Virus record (IMG/VR): IMGVR_UViG_3300044731_001604 | Location: 93,573-157,572 of that record | Strand: one strand, 5' to 3' | Source: a virus | DNA length: 64,000 bases | Shown: one piece after another, positions 49,644-59,674 of the stretch | Position numbering within the stretch: the stretch's first letter is position 1 | Layout: each line of letters opens with the position of its first letter | Notes under the pieces: model-generated | Told to the model about the DNA's origin: nothing | The model's database searches: none | Seen by the model: the letters and a program-made list of their open reading frames with translations, nothing else | Program-made: the position numbers and the translations under genes

Positions 49644-50009
49644 ATGGGTCGGAAACCTAACGGCGGAAGAACCGAAAGAATCAGCAGAAGTAAGGATAAG
49701 TCGGGCGGCGATGACAAGATTAGAAAATTAAAAATTGAAATCGACGCCCTTAAAAGAGAGAATTTACAACTAAGAAAGCTTCTAAATAAGACAGAAAATG
49801 AAATGGCTCAGTATATTAATCGTTTAGAAGCAAGTAACGATCCTCAAGCTAACGATGAAGTGGATGATAATATTAAGGGCGATGAACAACATTGTGAAGA
49901 TTGCGGCAAAGGTTTAATGATTAAGACAACCGAAATAATCATTAGAGACTCTGTTAAAAAATTTTATACATGTAATGTCTGTGGCCACGGAAAGGTAATT
50001 AAAGAATAA
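49644..50009 (+). CDS. Coiled-coil plus zinc-ribbon protein
   Basis: CEDC...CNVC. Confidence 0.6.
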   Translation: MGRKPNGGRTERISRSKDKSGGDDKIRKLKIEIDALKRENLQLRKLLNKTENEMAQYINRLEASNDPQANDEVDDNIKGDEQHCEDCGKGLMIKTTEIIIRDSVKKFYTCNVCGHGKVIKE

Positions 50010-50381
50010 ATGTTTTTCTTTGGAGAGAATTCTGAACATTTAAAGGCAGTAGTCGTGCTGGAGACCTTGAAAGAGGATTTAGCAAGAAGTACGCTATTTC
50101 TCTCCAAAGAAGAAGTTTTGATACAAAAAACAAAGTCTTTAATATCATTCCTAACAGCAGCATTAGATCATTTGAAACATGAAGCTCAAATAGTTAGCAT
50201 GAGAGAATATCAAAAAATGAGATATGAGCTAGTCGAAGAGCTTCAAAGAATGGAACGAATTAAAGAAAGGTCCTATTTCTATAAGCAGCAGATAGTCGAC
50301 CTGACTGAAAGAATTGATAGACAACGACTACTTATTAGTACCTTAAAATCTAAGGTTTTGGAGTTTAAACGTGATAGATAA
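50010..50381 (+). CDS. Hypothetical coiled-coil protein
   Basis: 123 aa. Confidence 0.55.
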   Translation: MFFFGENSEHLKAVVVLETLKEDLARSTLFLSKEEVLIQKTKSLISFLTAALDHLKHEAQIVSMREYQKMRYELVEELQRMERIKERSYFYKQQIVDLTERIDRQRLLISTLKSKVLEFKRDR

Positions 50382-50574
50382 AAAAAATGATGTCGATTAC
50401 ATAAATTCACCTAAATACTCCAATTCTTTAAGTCTTTTCTTGAAAGACAACCCAAATGGTGTAAAAGATAAAGTTATATGCAGATTACTTGATATTAATC
50501 AAGATCAGTTAGAAGACATTTTTAAATCTGCAATGAGCAAATTACGTCAAAAAATCGTAAATACAAATAAATAA
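50371..50574 (+). CDS. Small stand-alone sigma-region-4.2-like HTH protein
   Basis: GVKDKVICRLLDINQDQLEDIFKSAMSKLRQ resembles [28 protein letters not shown]. Confidence 0.5.
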   Translation: MIDKKNDVDYINSPKYSNSLSLFLKDNPNGVKDKVICRLLDINQDQLEDIFKSAMSKLRQKIVNTNK

Positions 50575-50585
50575 TTCCAAATTAA

Positions 50586-50615
50586 TTGACAAGACATTAA
50601 GAACTATGGTATCCT
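50586..50615 (+). promoter_or_regulatory. Sigma70-type promoter for dnaE
   Basis: TTGACA-18 nt-TATCCT with TGn extension. Confidence 0.65.
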
Positions 50616-50633
50616 GTTAAGGCGGAGGTCCTT

Positions 50634-53600
50634 ATGTCTAAATTTAAACAATTGATTAATTGCCATTCTCACAGCGATTCTTCATTAGATGGTGCTTCCA
50701 CCGTATCAGATATATTAAAAAGAAATCAAGAACTTGGAGCAACTCACACAAGCTTAACTGAACATGGTAATTTAAATTCTGCCATGGATCTGTATACAAA
50801 AGCGAAAAAATATGATCAAATCCCAATACTTGGAATGGAAGCTTATTTAGTTAACCCATTCCATGAGGAATATGTTCAAATGTACAGAAAAGCTTATCAG
50901 CAAGGTGTGTGGAAGCCTAGAATCAAGGATACTAACCTTGAGGCAATTGAGAGAGCTATTCAAGCAAAGGCAATGAACCAATACCTCCACATAACTATTC
51001 ATTTTAAAGATAAGTGGGCATACCAGTATTTTTGCGGCCTTTCTAAGGCTATGTGGGATAGAGCAATTAAGAAGTTTGATGAATTAAAGCCAATGTTAAC
51101 CATGGATGAATTGCGAGGAGCAGCAGGGCACATAACAATTGGTTCTGGGTGTCTTAAAGGTCCTCTTCAGAACTTTTTATTGTCGTCAAAAGATGGAATT
51201 ATTAAGGCTGATCCAGAAAAATCCCAACAAATGTATAGATGGTTAAAAGAAATTTCTGGTGAAGACTTTTTTGTTGAAGTTTTTCCACACGAAATAACGT
51301 CTACATGGGTAGCACCAGAAAAAGACCACTCTGGAAACATTATTAAGCAGGGTTATTTTAAACCACATGAGTGTACTTGCGATATGCCTGATGGAGATTT
51401 GCAGCATGTGCCAAATCAATTTGTTTTAAATTTAGCAGAACAAAATAAAGAAAAAGTACTGATATCCCTTGATAGCCACTTTGCTTATGAGCGCCAAAGA
51501 GTTGTCCAAGAAGCAAGATTGGGCCAAGGCGATGAGCAATGGAAATTTTCTAACAGCTATCATGTAATGTCTACAGATGAGGCTGCTAATATCTTACAAA
51601 AGAAATTAAAAGTTTCAGATAAAAAAATTGAAGAATGGGTTGATAACTCGCATGAGTGGGCGTCTAAATTTAATAATTTCAAATTAGAGACATCAAAAGA
51701 TAGATGGGTTTTAGTCGGAGATAGTGAAAGATTTCTTAGCAAAATGAAGTCTACAATAGATAAATGGGGCAGGATGGATTGGTCCGACAAACAAATGATG
51801 GATCGACTTAAATATGAAATCCAAGTACTTGCCTATAACGGAACAGTGAACCTTCTGTCATATTTTGAGACCATAGAAGACATATCATCTTTTTGTAAAG
51901 AAAATAATGTACTAATGAACGTTAGGGGTAGCGCCTCTGGGTCTTTGTTACTATACTTAATCGGCGTGAGTGCAGTAAATCCTCTCAAACATGATCTTTC
52001 TTTTGCCAGATTCCTAACTGAGGGTCGTATTAACGCAAATTCTATCCCAGACGTTGATATGGACGTTTCTAATCAAGAGAAAGTAATAGATTACATTAAA
52101 AATAAATACGGAGAGTCATATTGCCGCCTCTCAACAGACCTTCTTTTAAGATTAAAATCATCTATAAAAGATGCAGAAAGAGCAGTTTTTGGAAAAGTTA
52201 ATCCAGAAACAGAGAAAATGTGTACAAAGTTACCATCTGCTCCACAAGGAACTGATGATCATTCGTTTGTTTTTGGATACGAAGATTCTGGTAACCATTT
52301 ACCTGGTTTATTAGAAACAAATCCAGCATTAAATAGCTATGCTGCAAAAAATCCAACAATTTGGAATACTGTTGTCGAAATGATGGGTATACAAAGATCG
52401 AAAAGCAGCCATGCTTGTGGATTATTGATTGCAGACGCGCCTATTACAAACTATATTCCAATTATTAAAGTTGGAGACGAATGGGTAACAGCATTCTCTC
52501 CAAAAGCTGCAGAGGCTGCTGGATTGGTTAAATTTGACTTACTTGGCCTTAATACTTTGAGAGACATACAATTAACCGTACAATCAATTAAAGAGCGTAC
52601 TGGAGAAGTCGTAGATCCATTTAACTTACCTCAAGATCCATTGTGTTACGAAAAATTCGCACAAGGTATCACAGATGGAGTTTTTCAATTTGACACTCCA
52701 ACCGTAAGACCATTTTTAATGAAAGTTAAACCACAAGATGTGGAAGGATTAGCAGCTCTCACAAGCTTATGCAGACCAGGAACCTTAGATGCTCCAAATG
52801 GAGATGGAAGAACTCTTGCTGAAGTGTATGTGGCCAGAGCATTGGGTGAGCCAATAACTTATGTACATAATGATTTAGAGCCAATCTTAAAAAGTACGTA
52901 TGGAGTTCAATTGTTTCAGGAGCAAACTATTAGAATTTTCCAAGATATTGGCGGAATGACGGATGCTGAGGCAGATGAAGTTCGTCGCGGTATCGGTAAG
53001 AAAGATAGAAAAGTTCTTGATAAAGCCTCTTCTATTTTAAGAGAAAAATGTTTATCTAGAGGCTGGACAGAAGAGCAAGTTAACCTATTAGTTGATCAGA
53101 TTCTAGCGTCTTCAAATTATGGATTTAATAAAAGCCATGCAATTTCATACAGCTATACAGCGTATGCTTGTATGTATTTAAAAACTCATTATAAATTAGA
53201 CTGGTGGAAAGCTTTATTAACTAATTCAACTAAAGAAGAACTTGCAACAAAATTCTGGAAAAGCGTACAAGATTTCACCGATCTCCCAGACATTAATATG
53301 TCATCTGATGAATATAAAATTATTGGTGATAGAATTATAACTCCGCTTTCAATCTTAACTGGCGTCGGCGAAAAGGCTTATGAAGATTTAATTAGGCACA
53401 GACCGTATACTTCTTTAGAGCATTTTGTTAGTTGTCATTTTGTAACTAAAGAAGAAGATAAAGCCAAAAAATTAGCAAAAAAAGCAAAGCAAGAAACTGG
53501 CGAAAGTACAAAATCTGTTAAAAAATCAGCAGTAAATGTCGGAATAGTCCATAAAATTATTGCCGCAGGCATTTTGGATTCACTATTTGAACCAGACCTC

Positions 53601-54374
53601 CTAATTGAAGAGAAGTTATTATCTTTTGAGCGTATGAGGGGTGAAGTGACTGGTAAAAAAGTGGAAAAAGTTCCAGAAGAATATACTGGTACATCGCAAC
53701 TTGGAAAGTATTTACTTAAAAAACAACTTATACAAGTATATTCTCAGGACCTTAGATCAATTGTTCTTCCTAATAGAGGAGGAAAATGTTCTGCTGCGAA
53801 AGTCTCTCCAGATTCTGAAATGTGGTACACCCAAGATGGAATTCCCGTTTTAGATGGAAATCAATTGGAATATTTTAAAAACAAATTTAATCAAGGTGTT
53901 CCAACTTACCTACTTGTAAATCAGTTTGACAAGCTTTTGCCGGCAAATTCTAATAATGTTAACTTAAGCCAAATCAGCCAAGATGAGAGACGTTTTTATA
54001 CTGTTGCGTATGTTATTAGCGAAAAATCTTTTCCGTATAAAAATAAAACAAAATATGCAAATAAGCTTGTTTTGGATATAAACGGGTTCTTCTCGGAAGA
54101 AATTTTGTGGCCAACTAGAGTTGATTACAAAGAAAGAGACAGAAAAGAAGAGCTTGAAGCAAAGCGTATTAGAGATGGCAAACCGCCAAGAGTTTTTACA
54201 CAAGAAGAAATTGAAATTGAAAAAAGAAAATTATTAGAGCAAGATGTTGCCCCAATAGGATTCAAAAAACTACCAGTCCTAGCGTCGTTTTACTTGAGTA
54301 AACGAGGGGTTGCGCTTGGAAGTATTACTCCGCTAATTAAAGAAGAAGACTTAGAACGATTCAATATGACTTGA
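50634..54374 (+). CDS. dnaE: DNA polymerase III alpha subunit (family C)
   Basis: PHP HSHSDSSLDG/TEHG/DSH, RGSASGSL, FARFL, PDVDMD, KFDLLGL, GVFQF, YGFNKSHA. Confidence 0.95.
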   Translation: MSKFKQLINCHSHSDSSLDGASTVSDILKRNQELGATHTSLTEHGNLNSAMDLYTKAKKYDQIPILGMEAYLVNPFHEEYVQMYRKAYQQGVWKPRIKDTNLEAIERAIQAKAMNQYLHITIHFKDKWAYQYFCGLSKAMWDRAIKKFDELKPMLTMDELRGAAGHITIGSGCLKGPLQNFLLSSKDGIIKADPEKSQQMYRWLKEISGEDFFVEVFPHEITSTWVAPEKDHSGNIIKQGYFKPHECTCDMPDGDLQHVPNQFVLNLAEQNKEKVLISLDSHFAYERQRVVQEARLGQGDEQWKFSNSYHVMSTDEAANILQKKLKVSDKKIEEWVDNSHEWASKFNNFKLETSKDRWVLVGDSERFLSKMKSTIDKWGRMDWSDKQMMDRLKYEIQVLAYNGTVNLLSYFETIEDISSFCKENNVLMNVRGSASGSLLLYLIGVSAVNPLKHDLSFARFLTEGRINANSIPDVDMDVSNQEKVIDYIKNKYGESYCRLSTDLLLRLKSSIKDAERAVFGKVNPETEKMCTKLPSAPQGTDDHSFVFGYEDSGNHLPGLLETNPALNSYAAKNPTIWNTVVEMMGIQRSKSSHACGLLIADAPITNYIPIIKVGDEWVTAFSPKAAEAAGLVKFDLLGLNTLRDIQLTVQSIKERTGEVVDPFNLPQDPLCYEKFAQGITDGVFQFDTPTVRPFLMKVKPQDVEGLAALTSLCRPGTLDAPNGDGRTLAEVYVARALGEPITYVHNDLEPILKSTYGVQLFQEQTIRIFQDIGGMTDAEADEVRRGIGKKDRKVLDKASSILREKCLSRGWTEEQVNLLVDQILASSNYGFNKSHAISYSYTAYACMYLKTHYKLDWWKALLTNSTKEELATKFWKSVQDFTDLPDINMSSDEYKIIGDRIITPLSILTGVGEKAYEDLIRHRPYTSLEHFVSCHFVTKEEDKAKKLAKKAKQETGESTKSVKKSAVNVGIVHKIIAAGILDSLFEPDLLIEEKLLSFERMRGEVTGKKVEKVPEEYTGTSQLGKYLLKKQLIQVYSQDLRSIVLPNRGGKCSAAKVSPDSEMWYTQDGIPVLDGNQLEYFKNKFNQGVPTYLLVNQFDKLLPANSNNVNLSQISQDERRFYTVAYVISEKSFPYKNKTKYANKLVLDINGFFSEEILWPTRVDYKERDRKEELEAKRIRDGKPPRVFTQEEIEIEKRKLLEQDVAPIGFKKLPVLASFYLSKRGVALGSITPLIKEEDLERFNMT

Positions 54375-54399
54375 TTAATAATATTAAATGTGGTATATT
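54371..54399 (+). promoter_or_regulatory. Sigma70-type promoter
   Basis: TTGATT-17 nt-TATATT with TGTGG extension. Confidence 0.6.
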
Positions 54400-54418
54400 T
54401 ATAACAAAGGAGACTACG

Positions 54419-55168
54419 ATGTTAAAAGATATTTTAAAAAGATTGTCAGACAAAGAGGCTGAAGCAGCAATTAATCCAGAGGATGTTGACCCACGTGTTA
54501 GAGCCGGTGTTGAGGCAATTGTAAGAAATGCTAAAGTAGATCTAGTGGCTATTGAAAAAGAATACAAAGAAGCCGTTATGAATAATGTAGTTCTTATTGG
54601 TGTTTATGGCGATTATTCAAAAGAATTTGTTAACATTGCAGAAGGCATGGGCGCTCTAGCTGTGAATTTCACTGAAATCGTAGAAACTTTATCAAACAAT
54701 TTGTTGTCAGCTCAATTAGGAAATGTGTACACTTCAAATGTACATTTCGCCTTATTAGGAGAATTGTCTAGAATTCGCTTAAAATATGATATAGTATCTT
54801 TACCAACTCCTATAATTAACAATTATAATGATAATGTTTATGATCAACCAATTGAAGTTGCTGTACGTAGACTTTTAGAAAAGAATTACGGTTCTAGTTT
54901 ACAATCAGCAGTTACCAGAAGAGAAATTGGTAGAAAAGCTTTAGAAGCAAGATTTTCAGGAAAGAAACTTCCAGTCATGGTATATAACCTACTAGAAAGA
55001 GTCGATACAAGATTTCTTCCTGACCCATCTGCTGACATTGTTTCAAATTCAGTGCCAAATGAAACAGTAGTTAAAAAGAAATTAACAGAGGTTAAAAACC
55101 TCTTGAATAAATCCCAAAACAATGGCCAAAGTGCCCAAACAGACGAGGAGTTAGAAGATGAGCAATAG
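54419..55168 (+). CDS. Hypothetical protein
   Basis: Likely start MLKD at 54419 after SD AAGGAG. Confidence 0.6.
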   Translation: MLKDILKRLSDKEAEAAINPEDVDPRVRAGVEAIVRNAKVDLVAIEKEYKEAVMNNVVLIGVYGDYSKEFVNIAEGMGALAVNFTEIVETLSNNLLSAQLGNVYTSNVHFALLGELSRIRLKYDIVSLPTPIINNYNDNVYDQPIEVAVRRLLEKNYGSSLQSAVTRREIGRKALEARFSGKKLPVMVYNLLERVDTRFLPDPSADIVSNSVPNETVVKKKLTEVKNLLNKSQNNGQSAQTDEELEDEQ

Positions 55169-56243
55169 TAATGTTTTAATCGGTAAAAGTAGCTGGGGTA
55201 AAGGAAACTTCGGAAATTCAGGAGTAAGTTCTGGATCTTCATGGTTTTATGTTGAAGACAACAAAGATAATGTGTATAGAGTGTTACCTCCAATCAAAAG
55301 CCTTGCTCAAGAAGGAAAGGTGTTGAAATATTACAGAACACACCGTGGATTTCGTGGATCAGATGGTCGTCAAAAACCATTTATTTGTATTGAACAATCT
55401 GATTATAAAACAAAGCTAATTAGAACGCATTGTCCAGTTTGTGATTTAGTTTCAGAATTAACACAAGAGTTAGAAAAGGCACGTGCAAAAGGTGCAACTC
55501 AAGAACAATTAACTGAATTCCGTAACAAAAACATTTTTCCTATCCAAGTTGAAAGCAAGTACTATTTAAATGTTGTTAATCAAGATGGTAAAATTGGAAT
55601 TTTGCCAATTGGTTCAAAAATGAAAAATGCCCTTGAAGCTTTAGCAAAAGAGCAAGAGAAAAAAGGACGCGACATTTCTGGTATGGAAGGTGTTTTCATT
55701 AACTTTAAAAAAGCTACACGTTATAAAGGCGACAGAGATGCTGTCCATAGCGTAGAGATTTTCATGAGACCAGATAATGATGGATCTTTCAGATATGCAA
55801 CTCATACAATTACGGCTGAATTTGCAGAAAGAATTGGAAAAGAAGCTGCAGATTTAAATAACATCTTTAAGTCATTAGATGCTGACCAAATTGCTAGAAT
55901 TGTTTCTCTTGAAGGAGAAGACAGAGCTGCTTATGTTGATTCATTGTTCCTCGCTCCAGAGCGTCAAGAGTCTACACAATCAACTGTTCCTGGTGGTAAT
56001 TTTACTGCAGTTTCACGCGTAGAATCATCAGAAAACGGCGGTTTTACAGTTCAGCAACCAACTTTGCCAACTAATTTTTATTCAGGATCTACAACTATGC
56101 CAGATAATTCTGGATCTTTCCAAGGAAATCAAAGAGTAAGCACTCCAGATTTATTTGGAAGTCCTAAAGCTTCATCTGCACCTATTAGCAGTTTGAGTGA
56201 TGATGATTTCATGGCAATGGTTAAACCTCAAAGCAGAGGTTAA
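55158..56243 (+). CDS. Single-stranded DNA-binding protein (T4 gp32-like)
   Basis: YRVLPP, YRTH, FIC...CPVC, YYLNV; low-complexity tail ending SDDDF. Confidence 0.75.
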   Translation: MSNSNVLIGKSSWGKGNFGNSGVSSGSSWFYVEDNKDNVYRVLPPIKSLAQEGKVLKYYRTHRGFRGSDGRQKPFICIEQSDYKTKLIRTHCPVCDLVSELTQELEKARAKGATQEQLTEFRNKNIFPIQVESKYYLNVVNQDGKIGILPIGSKMKNALEALAKEQEKKGRDISGMEGVFINFKKATRYKGDRDAVHSVEIFMRPDNDGSFRYATHTITAEFAERIGKEAADLNNIFKSLDADQIARIVSLEGEDRAAYVDSLFLAPERQESTQSTVPGGNFTAVSRVESSENGGFTVQQPTLPTNFYSGSTTMPDNSGSFQGNQRVSTPDLFGSPKASSAPISSLSDDDFMAMVKPQSRG

Positions 56244-56244
56244 T

Positions 56245-56796
56245 ATGTCAAGGACATTAACCGTTCCTAGAGGTGTTGCTGGAAAGCCGCCTCTAGAATT
56301 AGAAATGTCCCTAATAGATGATGCTGAGAGTCGCCTTCACGAAGTGCGGCTCTCTTCTTCTGCTACTTCTAAAGATCTTGAAGGTTTATTTAACGAGGCT
56401 GCTAATATGGTAACAAAATATTTAGCATGGGTTAAATACGAACTTTTGAGAGCTGAAAAAGAGCATGAGCTTAATAGAGCTACTGTTATTTTAGATAAAG
56501 CTCCAGAAGAAGCAAAGCGTCTAAAAGATGCTGGTATAAAGCTAAATGAAGATATTAGAGAAGCGTTAATTGCTAGAGATGAGGATTGTCAAAAGTCATT
56601 AGACGTTTTGAATTCATTGAAAGCAGTTGAGGCGCTACTTCTCGCTTCATCTCAAACATTTATTAGGGCACACTATAGTGCTAGATCTGTAGCATCAGCA
56701 AAAGAAACTGCACCAACACCAAATCTTGGCTATAGCGTAGGCGATCTTACAGAAAAAGAACAACCCAATTTTATGGGAAAGTCTAATTGGAAATAG
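56245..56796 (+). CDS. Putative recombination mediator (UvsY-like)
   Basis: Helical protein between SSB and RecA; likely start MSRT at 56245. Confidence 0.4.
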   Translation: MSRTLTVPRGVAGKPPLELEMSLIDDAESRLHEVRLSSSATSKDLEGLFNEAANMVTKYLAWVKYELLRAEKEHELNRATVILDKAPEEAKRLKDAGIKLNEDIREALIARDEDCQKSLDVLNSLKAVEALLLASSQTFIRAHYSARSVASAKETAPTPNLGYSVGDLTEKEQPNFMGKSNWK

Positions 56797-56800
56797 AAAT

Positions 56801-56829
56801 TTGACAAGTATACCTTTAAATGGTATGCT
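56801..56829 (+). promoter_or_regulatory. Sigma70-type promoter for the recA-like gene
   Basis: TTGACA-17 nt-TATGCT with TGn extension. Confidence 0.75.
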
Positions 56830-56849
56830 TGTCTTACAAGGAGATTTTA

Positions 56850-57935
56850 ATGGGCAAATTTTTATCAAAATTACGTAATTTAGAAGGCGCAGTTAAACCA
56901 GAAGATGGAGAAGCAGCGTTATTAAATTGTCTTAAAACACCAAGTCCAAGTGTTAACTGGACTTTTGCTGCTCCTGGAGCCGGAATTCCGTTTGGAACAG
57001 GTACTTTACTATATGGTCCTCCCAAATCTGGAAAATCAGTTTTCATCTCTTCTATCGTCGGACAATTACATCAAGACGATCCGGAAGCGATAGTTGTTAA
57101 ATTTGATACAGAGCTTAGAGGTACATTTCAAAATAATTCTCATAATTTAGCTAAATTTGGTATTGATCAAGATAGATATATTATGTATGATGCTAATTCA
57201 CCAGAAATGATTTTTGACAGAATTGAGCATGATATCGCTGCAGCTTGCCAAGACGGTGAGAAAATTAAAATGATCGTAATCGACTCATTGAGCGGTATTG
57301 CAGGTAGACGCTCACTAAATGCAACTTCAGTTAATACACAGCAAATTGGGGACCAAGCTGCAACGATCAAAGACGGTCTTGCTAGAATTTTACCAGTAAT
57401 CAGAAAATATAAAATTGCTCTTGTTTGTACAGCTCATATTCGCGCTGAAATGGATATTAAAGAGCAAATGAGAGGAAATACTGTTAAAATGCAAGCAAGT
57501 TTTGCAACTAAACACGTTTTCGAGTACTTCTGTTCAATTGAACCGAATCGTTCTAAGGACGGAAAAGTTAATCTAGCTGGTGAAGAGTTTGTAGATAAAG
57601 ATATCGTTGATTTTATGGATAAGAGCCAAAAAACAGGCCATAAGATTAGATTTAAAGTAGTAGATTCATCGTTTGCTTATTCGGGCAGAACGGCTGAGTT
57701 TACCCTTGATTATGCCAACGGGATTGTAAATCAATATGAAGAAATCTTTACTTTATCAGTTAATATGGGTATCATCGAACGACCTAATAATGTTACTTAT
57801 AAATACGGCGAAAATACGTATAGAGGTATTGTGGCCATGTTAACAGCAATTAGAGATAATGAAGGATTGTATAAAGAATTGGAAACAAAAATCATAGAAC
57901 ATGATTTCAATTATCTAAGAAGCCCTAAAAAATAA
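56850..57935 (+). CDS. RecA/UvsX-like recombinase
   Basis: YGPPKSGKS, FDTE, IVIDSL, QIGDQA; likely start MGKF at 56850 after SD AAGGAG. Confidence 0.88.
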   Translation: MGKFLSKLRNLEGAVKPEDGEAALLNCLKTPSPSVNWTFAAPGAGIPFGTGTLLYGPPKSGKSVFISSIVGQLHQDDPEAIVVKFDTELRGTFQNNSHNLAKFGIDQDRYIMYDANSPEMIFDRIEHDIAAACQDGEKIKMIVIDSLSGIAGRRSLNATSVNTQQIGDQAATIKDGLARILPVIRKYKIALVCTAHIRAEMDIKEQMRGNTVKMQASFATKHVFEYFCSIEPNRSKDGKVNLAGEEFVDKDIVDFMDKSQKTGHKIRFKVVDSSFAYSGRTAEFTLDYANGIVNQYEEIFTLSVNMGIIERPNNVTYKYGENTYRGIVAMLTAIRDNEGLYKELETKIIEHDFNYLRSPKK

Positions 57936-57953
57936 TTTTTAATTAAAAAGGTT

Positions 57954-57983
57954 CTCCTGTGGAAACACTCCACAGGAGTTTTT
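57954..57983 (+). terminator. Hairpin/terminator overlapping the SD of the HNH gene
   Basis: CTCCTGTGGA-aacac-TCCACAGGAG-TTTTT-ATG. Confidence 0.75.
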
Positions 57984-58682
57984 ATGAAAAATTGTAAAAA
58001 ATGTAATAATATTTTTGATAAAAGTTTTTTTAATAAAAGCAATCAAACAAAAGATGGACTTACTTTTTATTGTAAGTCATGCATTTCTATAAAAAAAGCT
58101 GATTATTATATTAGAAATAGAGAAAAAATTAAACAAAAATCTTCAGAAATAAGCAAAACTGATTACGCAAAAGAAAAAAGAAAAGAAAGAGAATCATCCA
58201 AAGAATACAAAGATAGAATGAAAGAATACAGATCTACAGAAGCGTATAAAAATAAAATAAAAGAAAGACGCCATTTGATAAGACAATATCAGGCTAAATG
58301 TAGATCAAAACTAGAGCAAAAAGAAAAGCGAAGAGCTAGACAGAGGAAGCGTATAACTAGCGACGTTGATTTTAAACTGGCAAGAAATTTAAGAAAGAGA
58401 CTGAATATGGCAATTAAAAAGTGTCAAAAATCCGGCTCAACAGTCAAAGATTTAGGATGTTCTATACCTGAATTAAAATTATATTTAGAATCAAAATTCC
58501 AACCAGGTATGTCTTGGGATAATTATGGGCTTTATGGCTGGCATATAGACCATATTATACCGTTATCAAGTTTTAATCTCTCAATTAGAGAAGAGTTTCT
58601 TAAAGCTTGTAATTATACCAACTTACAACCAATGTGGGCAGTAGATAACCTCATTAAAGGGGCTAAAATATATGCGTTATAA
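57984..58682 (+). mobile_element. Free-standing HNH homing endonuclease
   Basis: CKKC/CKSC; WHIDHIIPLS...NYTNLQPMWAVDNLIKG; same family as 25787..26452. Confidence 0.85.
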
Positions 58683-59673
58683 GATTATAGATTTCCTGTC
58701 TGAAAATGGATTGGAATACAAAGAAAAAAGCAGAACAATTCATACAGAATGTCCTGTATGTCACAGTAGCGATAAATTCAGTATTCTAAAAGAAAATGGA
58801 TCTTGTATTTGTTATAGAGGCTCTTGCTCTTTCGGTCGCCAGTGGTTCCCAAGTTTTGTATCATTGGTATCTGGAATAACAGAAAAAGAAGCAAGAAAAA
58901 TGCTATATGGAAAAGATGAAAGAATTAAACAAGTAAAATCATCGGATTGGCAAATTAAACTTGAGTTAGATGATGAAGAACAGCACAGTGAACCATCTCC
59001 ATTAGATGGAATACCAACCGTTACGTATCCAGAATGGTTTATGCTAGATATTGATTCATCGGAATCATCAGATGGCCTTAATTATTTGCTTTCGAGAGGT
59101 ATTACCCTTGAAATGGCCAAAAAATATGATATTAAATATTCAAAATTCTATAGAAGAGTTTACCTTCCAATAAAAATGAATGGCGAAGTATACGGATATC
59201 AAGGAAGAGCAATAGATAAAGTTGCTGAAAAAGATAGAATGAGAAATAACGAAGGATTCAGACGTGACACTTTTGTCATGTTTGCGGATAATTTAATTGG
59301 TGCAGAACATGTTATAATATCTGAAGGCCCTTTTGATGCAATGAAATTTGAACAAGTTGGTGGAAGCGTTTCTACACTTGGAAAAGTGGTGACAAATAAG
59401 CAGTTGCAGATCATAAAAAATTATGGCATAATGAAAGTGTACCTTGCCCTGGATGAAGATGCTGCAAGCGAAATTAATGAACTTGGAAACATTTTAAGAA
59501 GAGATGGACTAGAAGTTTATCGAATAGAAGTGCCGCAATCTTGCATAGATAGATGTGAAAAGCTTGGAAAAAAGGCAGATATTGGCGAATGTACGTTTGA
59601 AGAGGCTGCACTGGCATTTAAAAACGCCTACAAGCTAGATAGAATGAAACTGTTATTACACCTAAGAGGTTAG
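58672..59673 (+). CDS. DNA primase (DnaG-type)
   Basis: CPVC...CYRGSC zinc-binding domain, YLLSRGI, YQGR, TOPRIM EGPFD and LDED. Confidence 0.88.
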   Translation: MRYKIIDFLSENGLEYKEKSRTIHTECPVCHSSDKFSILKENGSCICYRGSCSFGRQWFPSFVSLVSGITEKEARKMLYGKDERIKQVKSSDWQIKLELDDEEQHSEPSPLDGIPTVTYPEWFMLDIDSSESSDGLNYLLSRGITLEMAKKYDIKYSKFYRRVYLPIKMNGEVYGYQGRAIDKVAEKDRMRNNEGFRRDTFVMFADNLIGAEHVIISEGPFDAMKFEQVGGSVSTLGKVVTNKQLQIIKNYGIMKVYLALDEDAASEINELGNILRRDGLEVYRIEVPQSCIDRCEKLGKKADIGECTFEEAALAFKNAYKLDRMKLLLHLRG

Positions 59674-59674
59674 A

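Noticed and set aside
50634-54374. Intein or intron in DnaE, TerL, RecA or helicase
   Set aside because: No C/S...HN-C/S/T splice motifs or LAGLIDADG blocks were noticed, and the lengths fit uninterrupted proteins.
54419-55168. Possible nucleotide-kinase fold
   Set aside because: The LIGVYGDYSKEF segment lacks a GK[ST] P-loop, so the evidence is insufficient.
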